Source: an uncultured Gemmatimonadales bacterium (GTDB taxonomy: Bacteria > ARS69). From it: 64,000 nucleotides of DNA. The notes beneath the pieces were generated by a model, which was given only the letters and a program-made list of their open reading frames with translations, was not told where the DNA came from and did not search any database. The translations under genes and the position numbers were made by a program. Positions 47,348-57,851 of this stretch are shown in pieces (within the stretch, counting starts at the first letter, position 1; each line of letters starts with the position of its first letter). The stretch spans positions 305 through 64,304 of the forward strand of contig CAVRWY010000014.1 of the NCBI GenBank assembly GCA_963725045.1. Direction: 5' to 3'.

Positions 47348-49156
47348 ATGATGCAGGATAGGGATCTCAGGGACCTCGACCGAGCCTCCACGAACTTGGA
47401 GGACGACGACGATCTGGACGATCGTCCGCGGACCAAACCGCAAAATCCGCCGCGTTTCGTCAACCTCGCCGACGAGGAGGACGTCGACTTCACCTCGGGT
47501 GAAGTCGCGGAGCTCCTCGCCCTCTACGAGGAGACGATGGGAAGCCTTTCCGAAGGGGAGATCGTCCACGGGACGGTCCTTTCCGTCGGAGAGAAGGACG
47601 TGCTGGTCGACATCGGATTCAAATCCGAGGGAGTGATCAACGCGTCGGAGTTTCCCGACCTCTCGCAGGTCAAGCCCGGCGACAAGATCGACGTCTACCT
47701 CGAGCGCATGGAGAACGACGACGGCCTCGTCGTGCTCTCCAAGCAGCGCGCCGATTTCCTCCGCGTGTGGAACCGCATCAAAGATGCGTTCGACGATCAG
47801 CAGATCGTGGAAGGCAAGCTCGTGCGCAGGATCAAGGGCGGAGTCGTCGTGGATCTGTTCGGGGTGGACGCGTTCCTCCCCGGGTCCCAGGTCGCGCTGC
47901 GTCGCGTCCCGAATCTGGACGATCTCATCGGCCAGACTCTGCAGTTCAAGGTGATCAAGCTCAACAAGCGCCGCCGCAACATCGTGGTGTCGCGCCGCGT
48001 GGTCCTGGAAGAGGATCGTGCGGTCAAGCGGACCAAGCTGATCACGGAGCTGGAGAAGGGGCAGATCCGCGAAGGACAGGTCAAGAACATCACCGACTTC
48101 GGTGCGTTCGTGGACCTCGGCGGAATCGACGGTCTGCTGCACATCACCGACATGTCCTGGGGCCGCGTGAGCCATCCGTCCGAGGTGGTGCAGATCGGCC
48201 AGACGATCCAGGTCAAGGTGCTGGAGTTCGACAAGGAGCGCCAGCGCATCTCTCTCGGATTGAAGCAGCTCACTCCGTATCCATGGGAAGAGGTGACGCG
48301 CAAGTACCCGGTGAACACGCGGGTCAAGGGACGCGTCGTCTCCATCACGGACTACGGTGCGTTCGTGGAGCTGGAGAAGGGCGTGGAAGGTTTGATCCAC
48401 GTCTCCGAGATGAGCTGGACCCGCCACGTCCGCCACCCGGGGAAGATGCTCGCGGTCGGCGACATGGTCGACGCGGTCGTTCTCAAGGTGGATCCGGAAA
48501 ACGAGAAGATCTCGCTCGGGCTGAAGCAGGTGGAGCCGGATCCGTGGCTCACGCTGGACGAGCGCTACCCGGTGGGTGCCAAGTTCAGCGGCAAGGTCCG
48601 CAACCTGACGAACTTCGGCGCGTTCGTGGAGCTGGAAGAAGGGATCGACGGTTTGGTCCACATCTCGGACATGTCCTGGACCAAGCGCATTCGCCACCCG
48701 TCGGAGATCGTGAAGAAGGGCGACGACGTCGACGTCGTCGTGCTCAACATCGACAAGGAAGCGCGACGGATCTCTCTCGGACTGAAGCAGGTGCACGACG
48801 ACCCGTGGCTCCAGCTGTCGGAGAGGTTCCAGCCGGGGATCTCGACGATCGGCCGGGTCAGCCGCATCTTGGAGCGCGGCATCGTGGTCGATCTGGAGAG
48901 CGATCTCGAGGGGTTCGTGCCCATCTCGCATCTCGGCTGGGACAATCTGTCCACGCCGGGAGATCTCTTCGACGAGCAGGACGAGATTCCGCTGAAGGTG
49001 ATCAGCTTGGATCAGCAGCAGCGGCGCATCGTGCTCTCGCTGAAGGACCATCTCCAAGAGCTTGATTCGGAATCGGAGATGAATCTCCGCGCGGACGTCC
49101 AAAGACGTGCGGGGATGCGGAAGCAGGCGAAGGAGTCGGCCGCCGGAACCGCGTAG
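47348..49156 (+). CDS. rpsA: 30S ribosomal protein S1
   Basis: Six S1 domains (…GTVLSVGEKDVLVDIGFKSEGVI…, …GKLVRRIKGGVVVDLFGVDAFLPGSQV…, …). Confidence 0.85.
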   Translation: MMQDRDLRDLDRASTNLEDDDDLDDRPRTKPQNPPRFVNLADEEDVDFTSGEVAELLALYEETMGSLSEGEIVHGTVLSVGEKDVLVDIGFKSEGVINASEFPDLSQVKPGDKIDVYLERMENDDGLVVLSKQRADFLRVWNRIKDAFDDQQIVEGKLVRRIKGGVVVDLFGVDAFLPGSQVALRRVPNLDDLIGQTLQFKVIKLNKRRRNIVVSRRVVLEEDRAVKRTKLITELEKGQIREGQVKNITDFGAFVDLGGIDGLLHITDMSWGRVSHPSEVVQIGQTIQVKVLEFDKERQRISLGLKQLTPYPWEEVTRKYPVNTRVKGRVVSITDYGAFVELEKGVEGLIHVSEMSWTRHVRHPGKMLAVGDMVDAVVLKVDPENEKISLGLKQVEPDPWLTLDERYPVGAKFSGKVRNLTNFGAFVELEEGIDGLVHISDMSWTKRIRHPSEIVKKGDDVDVVVLNIDKEARRISLGLKQVHDDPWLQLSERFQPGISTIGRVSRILERGIVVDLESDLEGFVPISHLGWDNLSTPGDLFDEQDEIPLKVISLDQQQRRIVLSLKDHLQELDSESEMNLRADVQRRAGMRKQAKESAAGTA

Positions 49157-49222
49157 ATCGAGGGGAAAGCTCTTGACGGGGCGGATTTCCGCCCCGCAGA
49201 TTCCTTCGATCGTCTCGGGCGT

Positions 49223-49299
49223 GGGCGATTAGCTCAGCTGGTTAGAGTGCCTGCTTGACATGCAGGAGGTCACTGGTTCGAGTCCAGTATCGCCCACCA
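49223..49299 (+). tRNA. tRNA-Val (anticodon GAC), CCA encoded
   Basis: GGGCGATTAGCTCAGCTGGTTAGAGTGCCTGCTTGACATGCAGGAGGTCACTGGTTCGAGTCCAGTATCGCCCACCA; anticodon loop TTGACAT. Confidence 0.85.
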
Positions 49300-49372
49300 G
49301 TTTCGTGAGTGGGAGTCGTCGCCCGGCGAGACGTGCTCGCCGGGTGAACCATTTTCGAGGAGGTTTTTGCCC

Positions 49373-49963
49373 ATCGAAAAAGAATTGAGAGTGAACGAGC
49401 GCATCCGCATCTCGCCCATCCGCGTCGTGGATGAAGCGGGAGAAGTGCTCGGGATCATGAGCGCCGACGAGGGTCGGTCCCTGGCGCGCGAACGAGGCCT
49501 GGACCTCGTCGAAGTCGCCGCGAACTCGCGCCCTCCCGTGTGCCGCATCATGGACTACGGGAAATTCAAGTACGAGCAGAACAAGAAGGACCGCAAGGCC
49601 AAGGCGCGCCAGCATCAGCAGCAGCTGAAGGAACTGAAGTTCCGGCCGAAGATCGAGAAGCACGACTTCGACTTCAAGCTGAAGAACGCGCGCAAGTTCC
49701 TTCTCGAGCACAACAAGCTGAAAGTGACGATGGTCTTCCGCGGGCGCGAGATCACGCATGCGGAAATCGGCGAGGGGTTGCTCAAGAAGGTCGCGCAGGA
49801 GCTGGCCGACGTGGGAGCTGTGGAATCGGGGCCGCGTCTGGAGGGAAAGAGCATGTTCATGCTGCTGACCCCGACGACCCCCGTGCCCAAGAAGAAGGAA
49901 GTCAAAGCCAGCGAAGACGCCGAACCGACGAAGGACGCGGCGGCGGCGGGGGGAGCGGCCTGA
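49373..49963 (+). CDS. infC: translation initiation factor IF-3, probable non-AUG (AUC) start
   Basis: IEKELRVNERIRISPIRVVDEAGEVLGIMSADEG… GGAGG at 49358-49362 is 10 nt upstream of in-frame ATC 49373; the TTG at 49367 is only 4 nt from the SD. Confidence 0.75.
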   Translation: MEKELRVNERIRISPIRVVDEAGEVLGIMSADEGRSLARERGLDLVEVAANSRPPVCRIMDYGKFKYEQNKKDRKAKARQHQQQLKELKFRPKIEKHDFDFKLKNARKFLLEHNKLKVTMVFRGREITHAEIGEGLLKKVAQELADVGAVESGPRLEGKSMFMLLTPTTPVPKKKEVKASEDAEPTKDAAAAGGAA

Positions 49964-50055
49964 GCGAGGCCGCCGAACGAAACCCCGCATGAACGGGACA
50001 GGGGCCATCAAGTCTCCCGAAAGGGAGCCCCCCGACCAGCGAAGGAGATCACGGA

Positions 50056-50424
50056 ATGAGTCGCTCCGGAATTACCGTCCACTCGCGACGGCGCCACAAG
50101 AAAGTCCTGGATGCCGCGAAGGGGTACTTCGGCGGCCGGCGCAAGCTGTACACGGTGGCCAAGTCCGCCGTGGACAAGGGACGCCAGTACGCGCTCCGCG
50201 ATCGGCGCCGCAAGAAGCGGGACTTCCGCAGCCTGTGGATCATTCGGATCAACGCCGCAGCGCGCGAGCACGGTGTCTCGTACTCGCGCTTCATCGCCGG
50301 CTTGAAGACGGCGGGAGTGGAGCTCGATCGCAGCGTGCTGGCCGAGCTGGCCGTCTCGGATCCGAAGGCCTTCGGCGAGCTCGTCGCTCTCGCGAAGGGA
50401 CGCGCAGCCTCCCCAGCTTCCTGA
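50056..50424 (+). CDS. rplT: 50S ribosomal protein L20
   Basis: [73 protein letters not shown]…; GAAGGAG lies upstream. Confidence 0.85.
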   Translation: MSRSGITVHSRRRHKKVLDAAKGYFGGRRKLYTVAKSAVDKGRQYALRDRRRKKRDFRSLWIIRINAAAREHGVSYSRFIAGLKTAGVELDRSVLAELAVSDPKAFGELVALAKGRAASPAS

Positions 50425-50431
50425 GATTCGA

Positions 50432-51458
50432 GTGACGGAAGAAGCCCACGCACTCCGGGAGCAAGCGCTCCGGGAGATCGAGGCGTCGTCCGACCTGGAC
50501 GCGCTCGACGCCGCCCGGACGCGCTGGCTCGGACGCTCCGGTGAGATCACGCGCCGACTTCGCGCCGTGTCTTCGCTCGCGGAAGGGGAGCGCCCCGCCG
50601 CCGGCAAGCTCTGGAACGAAGTGCGCGCGCAGCTCGCACTGAGACTGCGACGCGCGCAAGAGCGCGCTGGAGTCGGCCCGGAGTGCCGCGCCCCGAGACG
50701 GCTTCGATCCCACGCTTCCCGGGCGGCGTCCGAGCTTCGGACTGCCGCATGTATTGCTCCAGACCATCGACGAGCTCGTGGACCTGTTCCGCTCCATGGG
50801 ATTCTCCGTGGCCGACGGCCCCGAAGTGGAGAGCGCACGCTACAACTTCGAAGCGCTGAACATTCCCGAAGGTCATCCGACGCGCGACGACCACGACTCG
50901 TTCTACATCGACGAGAATCTCCTGCTGCGCACGCAGACGTCCCCCGTGCAGATCCGCGTGATGGAGTGCACACCGCCGCCGGTGCGCATCATCGCGCCGG
51001 GGCGCGTCTACCGCCGCGACGCGTTCGACGCCAGCCACTCGCCGTTCTTCTTCCAGCTGGAGGGGCTTTGCGTCGGCGAGGACGTCACCCTCGGAGACCT
51101 CAAGGGAACATTGCGCGCCTTCGCCCGCGGGTTCTTCGGTGAGTCGGTGCGGCTTCGCTTTCGTGCGAGCTACTTCCCGTTCACCGAGCCGTCGCTGGAG
51201 ATGGACATCGGCTGCACGGTTTGCGGGGGCTCGGGATGCAGCGTGTGCAAGCAGTCCGGCTGGGTCGAGATCCTGGGGTCGGGAATGGTGCATCCCAATG
51301 TGCTGCGCGGCGTCGGCTACGACCCGGAGAAAGTATCGGGCTACGCATTCGGCATGGGACCGGACCGCATCACTCTCATGAAGCACCGCATTCCCGACAT
51401 TCGTTTCCTCTACGAAAACGACCTGCGCTTCCTCCGCCAGTTCCGGGGGATCGCGTGA
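50432..51458 (+). CDS. pheS: phenylalanine--tRNA ligase alpha subunit, 1-nt deletion in a GCGCGC run near 50665
   Basis: The N-terminal 78 codons are in one frame. The remainder (…ALESARSAAPRDGFDPTLPG…FNFEALNIPEGHPTRD…FPFTEPSLEMDI…GMGPDRITLM…) is in the next frame. Confidence 0.8.
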
Positions 51459-53849
51459 AGATTCCGCTCGCTTGGCTCGGCGACTTCCTTGCACTTCCCG
51501 AGGATCCGGCGGTCGTGGCGCGCCGGCTCACCGAAGTGGGGCTGGAGTGCACGCTGGAACGCGCTCCGCGGCTGCCGGAAGGAATCGTCACCGCACGGAT
51601 CGTGGAGTGTGCCCCGCATCCCAACGCGGAGCGCCTCAAGGTATGCAAAGTCGATGCGGGAGATGGAGCGATGCGCACGATCGTGTGCGGCGCGCCGAAC
51701 GCAAAGGCCGGCCAAGTCGGCGCGCTCGCGCTTCCCGGAGCGGAGCTGGCACCGGGCATGGCGATCGTCGAGCGCACCATGCGCGGAGTGCTCTCCCAGG
51801 GAATGCTCTGCTCGGCGAAGGAGCTGGGGCTCTCCGAAGATGCGAGCGGGATTCTCCTGCTGCCGGAATCCACGCCCTTGGGGCTCCCGCTGGAGCGTGC
51901 GCTGCACAAAGCTCCGGTGCTGGAGACGGAACCGGCCTCGAACCGCGGGGACTGGCTTTCCGTGGAAGGAGTGGCGCGCGAGCTTGCCGCCGCGCTGGAA
52001 GTGCCGTGGACGCCGCGCGCGCCGAAATCGACCGCGGCAGCGCCGAGCGGCCCATGGCGCGCGGAGATCGCCGCTCCCGAAGATTGCGCGCGCTACGCAG
52101 GCCGGTTGATCGAAGGCGTGCACAACGGCGCGTCGCCGGCGTGGATGGCCGAGCGGCTCGAAGCTGCGGGCCATCGCTCGCTCGGCATTCTCGTCGACGT
52201 GACCAACTGGGTGCTCCTCGAGCTGGGGCAGCCGCTGCACGCGTTCGACGTCGCGCGGCTCCGCGGAACCACGATCGGCGTGCGGCGCGCGAAAAACGGG
52301 GAGCGCTTGGTCACGCTCGACGGCAAGGAGCGCGAGCTCGGGCCGGCCGTGCTCGCGATCACCGACGACTCCGGCCCGATCGCGCTCGCCGGGATCATGG
52401 GCGGCGACCCGACCGCGGTCGGCGACGCGACGCGCACGATCCTCCTGGAGGGCGCGGCCTTCCACTCGTGCGCGCGTGCGGATCGGGGCGCGCGCGCTGC
52501 GCATGACCTCGGACGCGGCGAGCCGTTTCGAGCGCGGCGTGGATCCGAACGGCGCGTCGCGTGCCCTGGATCGCGCGGCCGAGATCCTGCTCGAAGTTTG
52601 TCCCGGCGCGCGGGTCACGCACGCGTTCGACGCCTATCCCGCTCCGGCGCCGGTTCGCCGCATCCGCCTCTCCGCGCGCAATCTGAAGCGAATCTTGGGC
52701 GTCGAGCTGCCCGGGGAACGAGTGCGCTCGATCCTGGATCGCCTCGAGCTCCGTGTGGAATCGGAGAGCGAGGGCGGTTGGAACGTGAACGTGCCCTCGT
52801 TCCGCCGCGACGTCCTCGCCGAAGAGGACCTGATCGAGGAGGTGGCCCGCGGCTGGGGCGTGGAGCGGATTCCCGAGCGGATGAGCGCGTCGAGTGCATC
52901 GCCCGCCCCGTCTGCGGCGCGCTGGGAGGCGCAGCAACGCACGCGCCGCGGCCTCTTGGGACTGGGGCTCACCGAAGTCGTGACCCCCGGCCTCGTGCAC
53001 GGGGCGCGCCATGGCGCGCTTCTGCCCGACGACGGATTCTTCGGACCCGGCGTGCCGCTGCGCAATCCGCTCTCCGCCGATCGCGACCGCCTTCGAGGCT
53101 CGCTCGTGCCCGGACTTCTCGATGTGCTTGCCGCGAATCGCGCGCGCTCGCTGACCGATGTCGCGTTGTTCGAAGTGGGACGAACGTTTCGCGCGCGTCC
53201 CGATGGTGGTGTGATCGAGCACGCGCGTGCCGCGTCGTTACTTGCGGGGGCGGGAGCCCGGCCCCCGTGGATCGGTGCGACCAAGCCGAGTGATTTCTTT
53301 GACATGAAGGGGATCTTGGAAGTATACGTCGAGCAGCTCGTGGGGGAGACGCTCCGCGTCGTGACGTCGAGCTTCGCTCCCCTCTCCGGCGATCGGTCTG
53401 CACGGGTCTTGCTCGGAACGCGCGAGATCGGCCGGCTCGGGGACGTGGAAGCGCGCGCACGGAAATCGTTCGATCTTCCGGAAGATCTCCCGGTCTTCTG
53501 GGCGGAATGGGATCTGGACGAACTGGAAGGAAGGGAGACGGCGGCTCGTCTCTACGAGCCTCTTCCACGTCACCCGGGAGCAGTGCGCGACCTTGCATTC
53601 CTCGTATCACGAACTGTCGCTCACGAGGCGCTCGAGACTTGCCTGCGGAAGGCCGCGGGGCCGCTTCTCGACTCGATCCGGCTCTTCGATGCTTACGAAG
53701 GGCCGCCTCTCGGGGAAGGGGAGAAAAGCCTCGCCTACACGCTCGTCTTCCGCGCCGCGGAGAGAAGCCTCACGAACGACGAAGTCGACGCGCTCGTCGG
53801 AGCGATCGTCGACCGGGCGAAACGAGAAGTCGATGCGCGGCTTCGATGA
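51455..53849 (+). CDS. pheT: phenylalanine--tRNA ligase beta subunit, frameshift in a GCGCGC run near 52465
   Basis: VKIPLAWLGDFL… tRNA-binding and B3/4 domains in one frame up to …LEGAAFHS. …VRIGARALRMTSDAASRFERGVDP… through the C-terminal anticodon-binding domain is in another frame. The GTG overlaps the pheS stop. Confidence 0.8.
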
Positions 53850-53906
53850 GCCGCCGATCAAGACGCAACGGCGCTCCCCCGGGGAAGCGCCGCGCTGGGA
53901 GGGAAG

Positions 53907-54183
53907 AATGGATCTCGAGCTCCTCGATCAGCTGGAGGAGAGGGTCGACGTCGCGATGTCGGCCGTGCACGAGCTGCGGCTGGAAAACGCGTTCCTCCGC
54001 GAGGAGTCGTTAGAGCTCCAGAAAAAGATTCAAGCATTGACGCAAGACCTTCGGAACGCTGTGGATGGAAGGGGCGAGTCTCAGCGGCTGAAGACTCGAT
54101 GTGACGACCTCGAACGCCGGCTCGACGGAGTGAAGGGCCGGGTCGAGAAAATGGTGGGAAAGCTGAAGGCTCTCGAAGGTTGA
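53907..54183 (+). CDS. zapB: ZapB-like coiled-coil cell-division protein
   Basis: MDLELLDQLEERVDVAMSAVHELRLENAFLREESLELQKKIQALTQDL…; GGGAGGG lies upstream. Confidence 0.55.
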
Positions 54184-54229
54184 GGACTTCCGTCATCCTC
54201 GATTCGAGCGCCAGAAACGAGGGTCTCCG

Positions 54230-54598
54230 ATGAATCATGACACGAGGACGACCTCGGTCGTCATCTTGGGTCGGGACTACAAGATTCGCACGACCGAGTC
54301 GGAAGAGTTCGTCCGCGAGGTTGCGGCCTTCGTGGACGGAATGATGAATCGCATCTCGTCGAAAATGTCGACGGGCACCACTTCGCAGATCGCCGTGCTT
54401 GCAGCGCTGAACATCGCGGAAGAGCTCTTTCGCGAGCGTCGCAACGGTCACGCCCCCGCAATGCCGGTCGCCCTCGAGGCGGACGGTGCCGGCGTGGACG
54501 TGAACGACCGGGTGATCGCGTTGATCCAACGGCTCGACGAAATCGCCGAGGGCCCGGAAACAACCCGCGAGATCGCCGCTCGATCTGCCTCGGCGTGA
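54230..54598 (+). CDS. zapA: cell division protein ZapA
   Basis: …VVILGRDYKIRTTESEEFVREVAAFVDGMMNRI…IAVLAALNIAEELFRERR…. Confidence 0.65.
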   Translation: MNHDTRTTSVVILGRDYKIRTTESEEFVREVAAFVDGMMNRISSKMSTGTTSQIAVLAALNIAEELFRERRNGHAPAMPVALEADGAGVDVNDRVIALIQRLDEIAEGPETTREIAARSASA

Positions 54599-54633
54599 TC
54601 CCCGGCGTTCGTCGCGTTTCGGGGAGGTAGCGG

Positions 54634-55452
54634 GTGCGGGAGCGCGGCGACGCGTTTCGAATCGTCTTCGTGGGGGACGTCGTGGGAAGGCCGGGCCGGC
54701 GCGTGCTGCGGCAGCTCGCCCCGGATCTTCTCGACGAGGAAGACCCCGATTTCGTGGTGATCAACGCGGAAAACTCCGCGGGCGGATTCGGGCTCACCTG
54801 GAACTCCGTGGGCGCACTCTTCGAAGCCGGCGCCGACGTGCTCACGAACGGCAACCACACCTGGGACAAGCGTGAGGCGATCGAGATCGTCGACAAGGAC
54901 CCGCGGGTCATCCGCCCCGCGAACTATCCGGAGGGGACTCCCGGCCGCGGGCACGGCGTGTTCACCTCGCGCTCGGGGACGAAGGTGGGGGTCGTGAACC
55001 TGCTCGGCCGAGTGTTCATGGATGCGCGCGACTGCCCGTTTCGCATGGGCCGCGCGCTGCTCGAGGAGATGCGCAGCGAAACGCCGATTCTGCTCGTCGA
55101 CTTCCACGCCGAAGCCACTTCGGAAAAGGGCGCGTTCGCGTGGCACGTCGACGGCCTTGCGTCGGTCGTTCTGGGCACGCACACCCACGTCCCCACCGCG
55201 GACGCGCGGGTCTTCCCGCGAGGGACCGCGTTCCAGACCGACGTCGGCATGACCGGCGCCTACGAGGGAGTGATCGGAATGCAAAGAGACGGCGCGCTCC
55301 GCCGATTCCTCACCGGCCTTCCCACGCGTTTCGAGCCGGCGACGGAAGATCTGCGTCTCGACGCGGTCGCGGTCGACATCGATCGCGAGTCGGGGCGCGC
55401 GCTGGCGATTCGGCGCGTGCAGAAGCGCCTTCCTCCCGGGAGCGTGGAATGA
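54634..55452 (+). CDS. ymdB: YmdB-family metallophosphoesterase (2',3'-cyclic-nucleotide phosphodiesterase-like)
   Basis: FRIVFVGDVVGRPGRRVL…VINAENSAGGFGLT…GNHTWDK…VDFHAEATSEK…GTHTHVPTAD…. Confidence 0.75.
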   Translation: MRERGDAFRIVFVGDVVGRPGRRVLRQLAPDLLDEEDPDFVVINAENSAGGFGLTWNSVGALFEAGADVLTNGNHTWDKREAIEIVDKDPRVIRPANYPEGTPGRGHGVFTSRSGTKVGVVNLLGRVFMDARDCPFRMGRALLEEMRSETPILLVDFHAEATSEKGAFAWHVDGLASVVLGTHTHVPTADARVFPRGTAFQTDVGMTGAYEGVIGMQRDGALRRFLTGLPTRFEPATEDLRLDAVAVDIDRESGRALAIRRVQKRLPPGSVE

Positions 55453-56357
55453 GCGCACGGCTTCTCGACGGCAAGGAAACGGCGCGCGTGATCCAAGAGG
55501 AGTTGACCGCGCGCGTCCAAGAGCTGCGTGCGCGTCGCGTGGCTCCGCGGCTCGTGGTGCTGCTGGTGGGGGACGATCCGGCCTCTCGAGTGTACGTGGG
55601 CAACAAAGGGAAACAGGCGCGCGCGATCGGCATCGACGCCGAGACGCGGGAGATCCCCAGCACGATCTCGCAAGGCGCGCTGGAATCGATGGTGGAAGAG
55701 CTCGGGCGCGATCCGTCGGTGCACGGGATTCTCCTCCAGCTTCCGCTCCCCGCGGGGCTCGACGCCGACCCCGTGGTGCGGCGGATTCCCGTGTCGAAAG
55801 ACGTCGACGGGCTCACCCCGGAGAGCGTCGGCGAGCTGGCGCGCGGAACGCCGCGCTTCGTTCCCTGCACGCCGTTCGGAGTCGTGGAGCTCCTCGATCG
55901 CTCCGGAGTGACGCTGGCCGGAAAGCACGTGGTGATTCTCGGACGCTCGAATCTCGTCGGGCGCCCGCTCGCTTCGCTCCTGCTCCTGAAGGGGAAGCGC
56001 GCCGACGCCACGGTGACCGTGGTCCACTCGCGCTCGGAGCGCGTCGCCGAGATCGTGCGCGCCGGCGACGTCGTGGTGGCGGCGATCGGACGGGCGCGTT
56101 TCGTGACCCGCGAGATGGTGAAGCCGGGCGCCGTCGTCGTGGACGTCGGCATCAATCGCGTCGACGACGCGTCGCGTCCCTCGGGATCGCGCCTCGTCGG
56201 CGACGTCGACTTCGACGCGGTCCGAGAGATCGCCTCGGCGATCACTCCCGTTCCTGGAGGCGTCGGACCGATGACGGTCGCGATGCTCCTCGCCAACACC
56301 GTCCAGGCCGCCGAGCAGCATGCCAGAACCATCGGCCACGATCTCGCACTCCGCTGA
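55449..56357 (+). CDS. folD: bifunctional methylenetetrahydrofolate dehydrogenase/methenyl-THF cyclohydrolase
   Basis: …LVVLLVGDDPASRVYVGNKGKQARAIGI…HGILLQLPLP…GRSNLVGRPLASLLL…PVPGGVGPMTVAMLLANTV. Confidence 0.85.
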   Translation: MSARLLDGKETARVIQEELTARVQELRARRVAPRLVVLLVGDDPASRVYVGNKGKQARAIGIDAETREIPSTISQGALESMVEELGRDPSVHGILLQLPLPAGLDADPVVRRIPVSKDVDGLTPESVGELARGTPRFVPCTPFGVVELLDRSGVTLAGKHVVILGRSNLVGRPLASLLLLKGKRADATVTVVHSRSERVAEIVRAGDVVVAAIGRARFVTREMVKPGAVVVDVGINRVDDASRPSGSRLVGDVDFDAVREIASAITPVPGGVGPMTVAMLLANTVQAAEQHARTIGHDLALR

Positions 56358-57597
56358 CCGAGTTCTCTCGGTCACGGAGCTGACGCGATCGATCAAGCGT
56401 CTCCTCGAGCGCGGCTTCGCCAATCTCTGGGTCGAGGGGGAGCTCTCCAACGTGAAGCTCCACGGCTCGGGGCATCTCTATTTTTCGCTGAAAGACGACG
56501 GGGCGGTGCTCCCCGGAGTGATGTTCCGTTCCGCGACGAAGATCCGCTTCGAGGCGAAGGACGGAATGAAAGTTCGCGTGCAGGGCAGGATCACCGTCTA
56601 CGAGCCGCGCGGGCAATATCAGATCGCGGTGGAGTCGATGGAGCCGGTGGGAATCGGCGCGCTCGAGCTCGCGTTCCGCCAGCTCTACGATCGGCTGGAG
56701 CGCGAGGGCCTGTTCGATCCGTCGCGCAAGCGCGCGCTGCCGCGCCATCCCCGGGTGATCGGAATCGTGACCTCTCCGTCGGGCGCGGCGATTCGCGATC
56801 TCCTCACCGTGATCGGCCGCCGCGCGCCGCACGTGGAGATCGTGGTGCGCTCCACGCGGGTCCAGGGCTTCGGCTCGGCCCAGGACGTGGCCATGGCGAT
56901 CGCCGAGTTCGACGAATGGGGCCGCGCCGACGTCATCATCGTGGGTCGAGGGGGAGGCTCGATCGAGGACCTCTGGGCCTTCAACGAGGAGATCGTCGCT
57001 CGGGCGATTTGCGCGTGCCGGGTTCCGGTCATCTCCGCGGTGGGACACGAGATCGACTTCACGATCTCGGATTTCGCCGCGGACCTGCGCGCCCCGACTC
57101 CGAGCGCCGCCGCGGAAGTCGTGACCCCGGATCGCGACACCGTCCTTCGCGAGCTGCACCGCGTCGGGTCCCGCCTGGCGATGGCCGCCGTGCACCTCTT
57201 GCGCCGCCGGTCGGATCGAGTGATTCTCCTCGCGCGCTCGGCGGCGTTTCGCCGACCTCGGGATCTCTACGACCGTCTTTCGCAACAGGTCGACGCCCAC
57301 ACCGAGCGTCTGCTCGGATCGATGGGCGTCGCGCTGGAGCGGGGAAGGCTTCGCTTGGCGCATCTCGGCGGCCAGCTGTCGGCGCTCTCTCCGCTCGCCG
57401 TGTTGCAACGCGGGTACGCGCTCGTGTTCGACGAGCGCGATCTCGTGGTGCGGCGCGCGGTCGACGTTCGCGAAGGAGAACGAATTCGTGTGCAGCTCGC
57501 CGAAGGAAGTCTCCAGGCGGTGATGGAACGCCGGCTCGGTCCCGAAGACTCTTCGCGCCTCGATCCCTGGATCCGAAAGGACGCCCCCGCCGGATGA
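56320..57597 (+). CDS. xseA: exodeoxyribonuclease VII large subunit
   Basis: …LSVTELTRSIKRLLERGFANLWVEGELSNVKLHGSGHLYFSLKD… OB fold and catalytic domain. ATG 56320 overlaps the folD 3' end by 38 nt. Confidence 0.8.
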   Translation: MPEPSATISHSADRVLSVTELTRSIKRLLERGFANLWVEGELSNVKLHGSGHLYFSLKDDGAVLPGVMFRSATKIRFEAKDGMKVRVQGRITVYEPRGQYQIAVESMEPVGIGALELAFRQLYDRLEREGLFDPSRKRALPRHPRVIGIVTSPSGAAIRDLLTVIGRRAPHVEIVVRSTRVQGFGSAQDVAMAIAEFDEWGRADVIIVGRGGGSIEDLWAFNEEIVARAICACRVPVISAVGHEIDFTISDFAADLRAPTPSAAAEVVTPDRDTVLRELHRVGSRLAMAAVHLLRRRSDRVILLARSAAFRRPRDLYDRLSQQVDAHTERLLGSMGVALERGRLRLAHLGGQLSALSPLAVLQRGYALVFDERDLVVRRAVDVREGERIRVQLAEGSLQAVMERRLGPEDSSRLDPWIRKDAPAG

Positions 57598-57851
57598 CCG
57601 CCAAGAAGAGCAGCGAAGAGAAGGCTGGGTTCGAGGAAGCGCTGGAGCGGCTCGAGCGGATCGTCGCACTGCTGGAGCGCGGCGACGCGACGCTGGAGGA
57701 TTCGCTGCGCTACTTCGAGGAAGGGGTGGCGCTCTCGCGCCGCTGCCACGAGCTCCTGGCCAGCGCGGAGAAGCGGGTGTCGCGCCTCGTTCGGGAAGAA
57801 GAAGGGGGGCTCACCCTCGAGCTCTTCCCCGCGGATCCGGACGATTCGTGA
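57594..57851 (+). CDS. xseB: exodeoxyribonuclease VII small subunit
   Basis: …FEEALERLERIVALLERGDATLEDSLRYFEEGVALSRRCHELL…. Confidence 0.8.
   Translation: MTAKKSSEEKAGFEEALERLERIVALLERGDATLEDSLRYFEEGVALSRRCHELLASAEKRVSRLVREEEGGLTLELFPADPDDS

Noticed and set aside
50665-52470. Programmed ribosomal frameshifting in pheS, pheT, dxs or recN
   Set aside because: No slippery heptamer or downstream structure was noticed at the break points. The breaks coincide with GC dinucleotide runs, and so many essential genes cannot plausibly all carry programmed shifts. Indel error is the simpler explanation.
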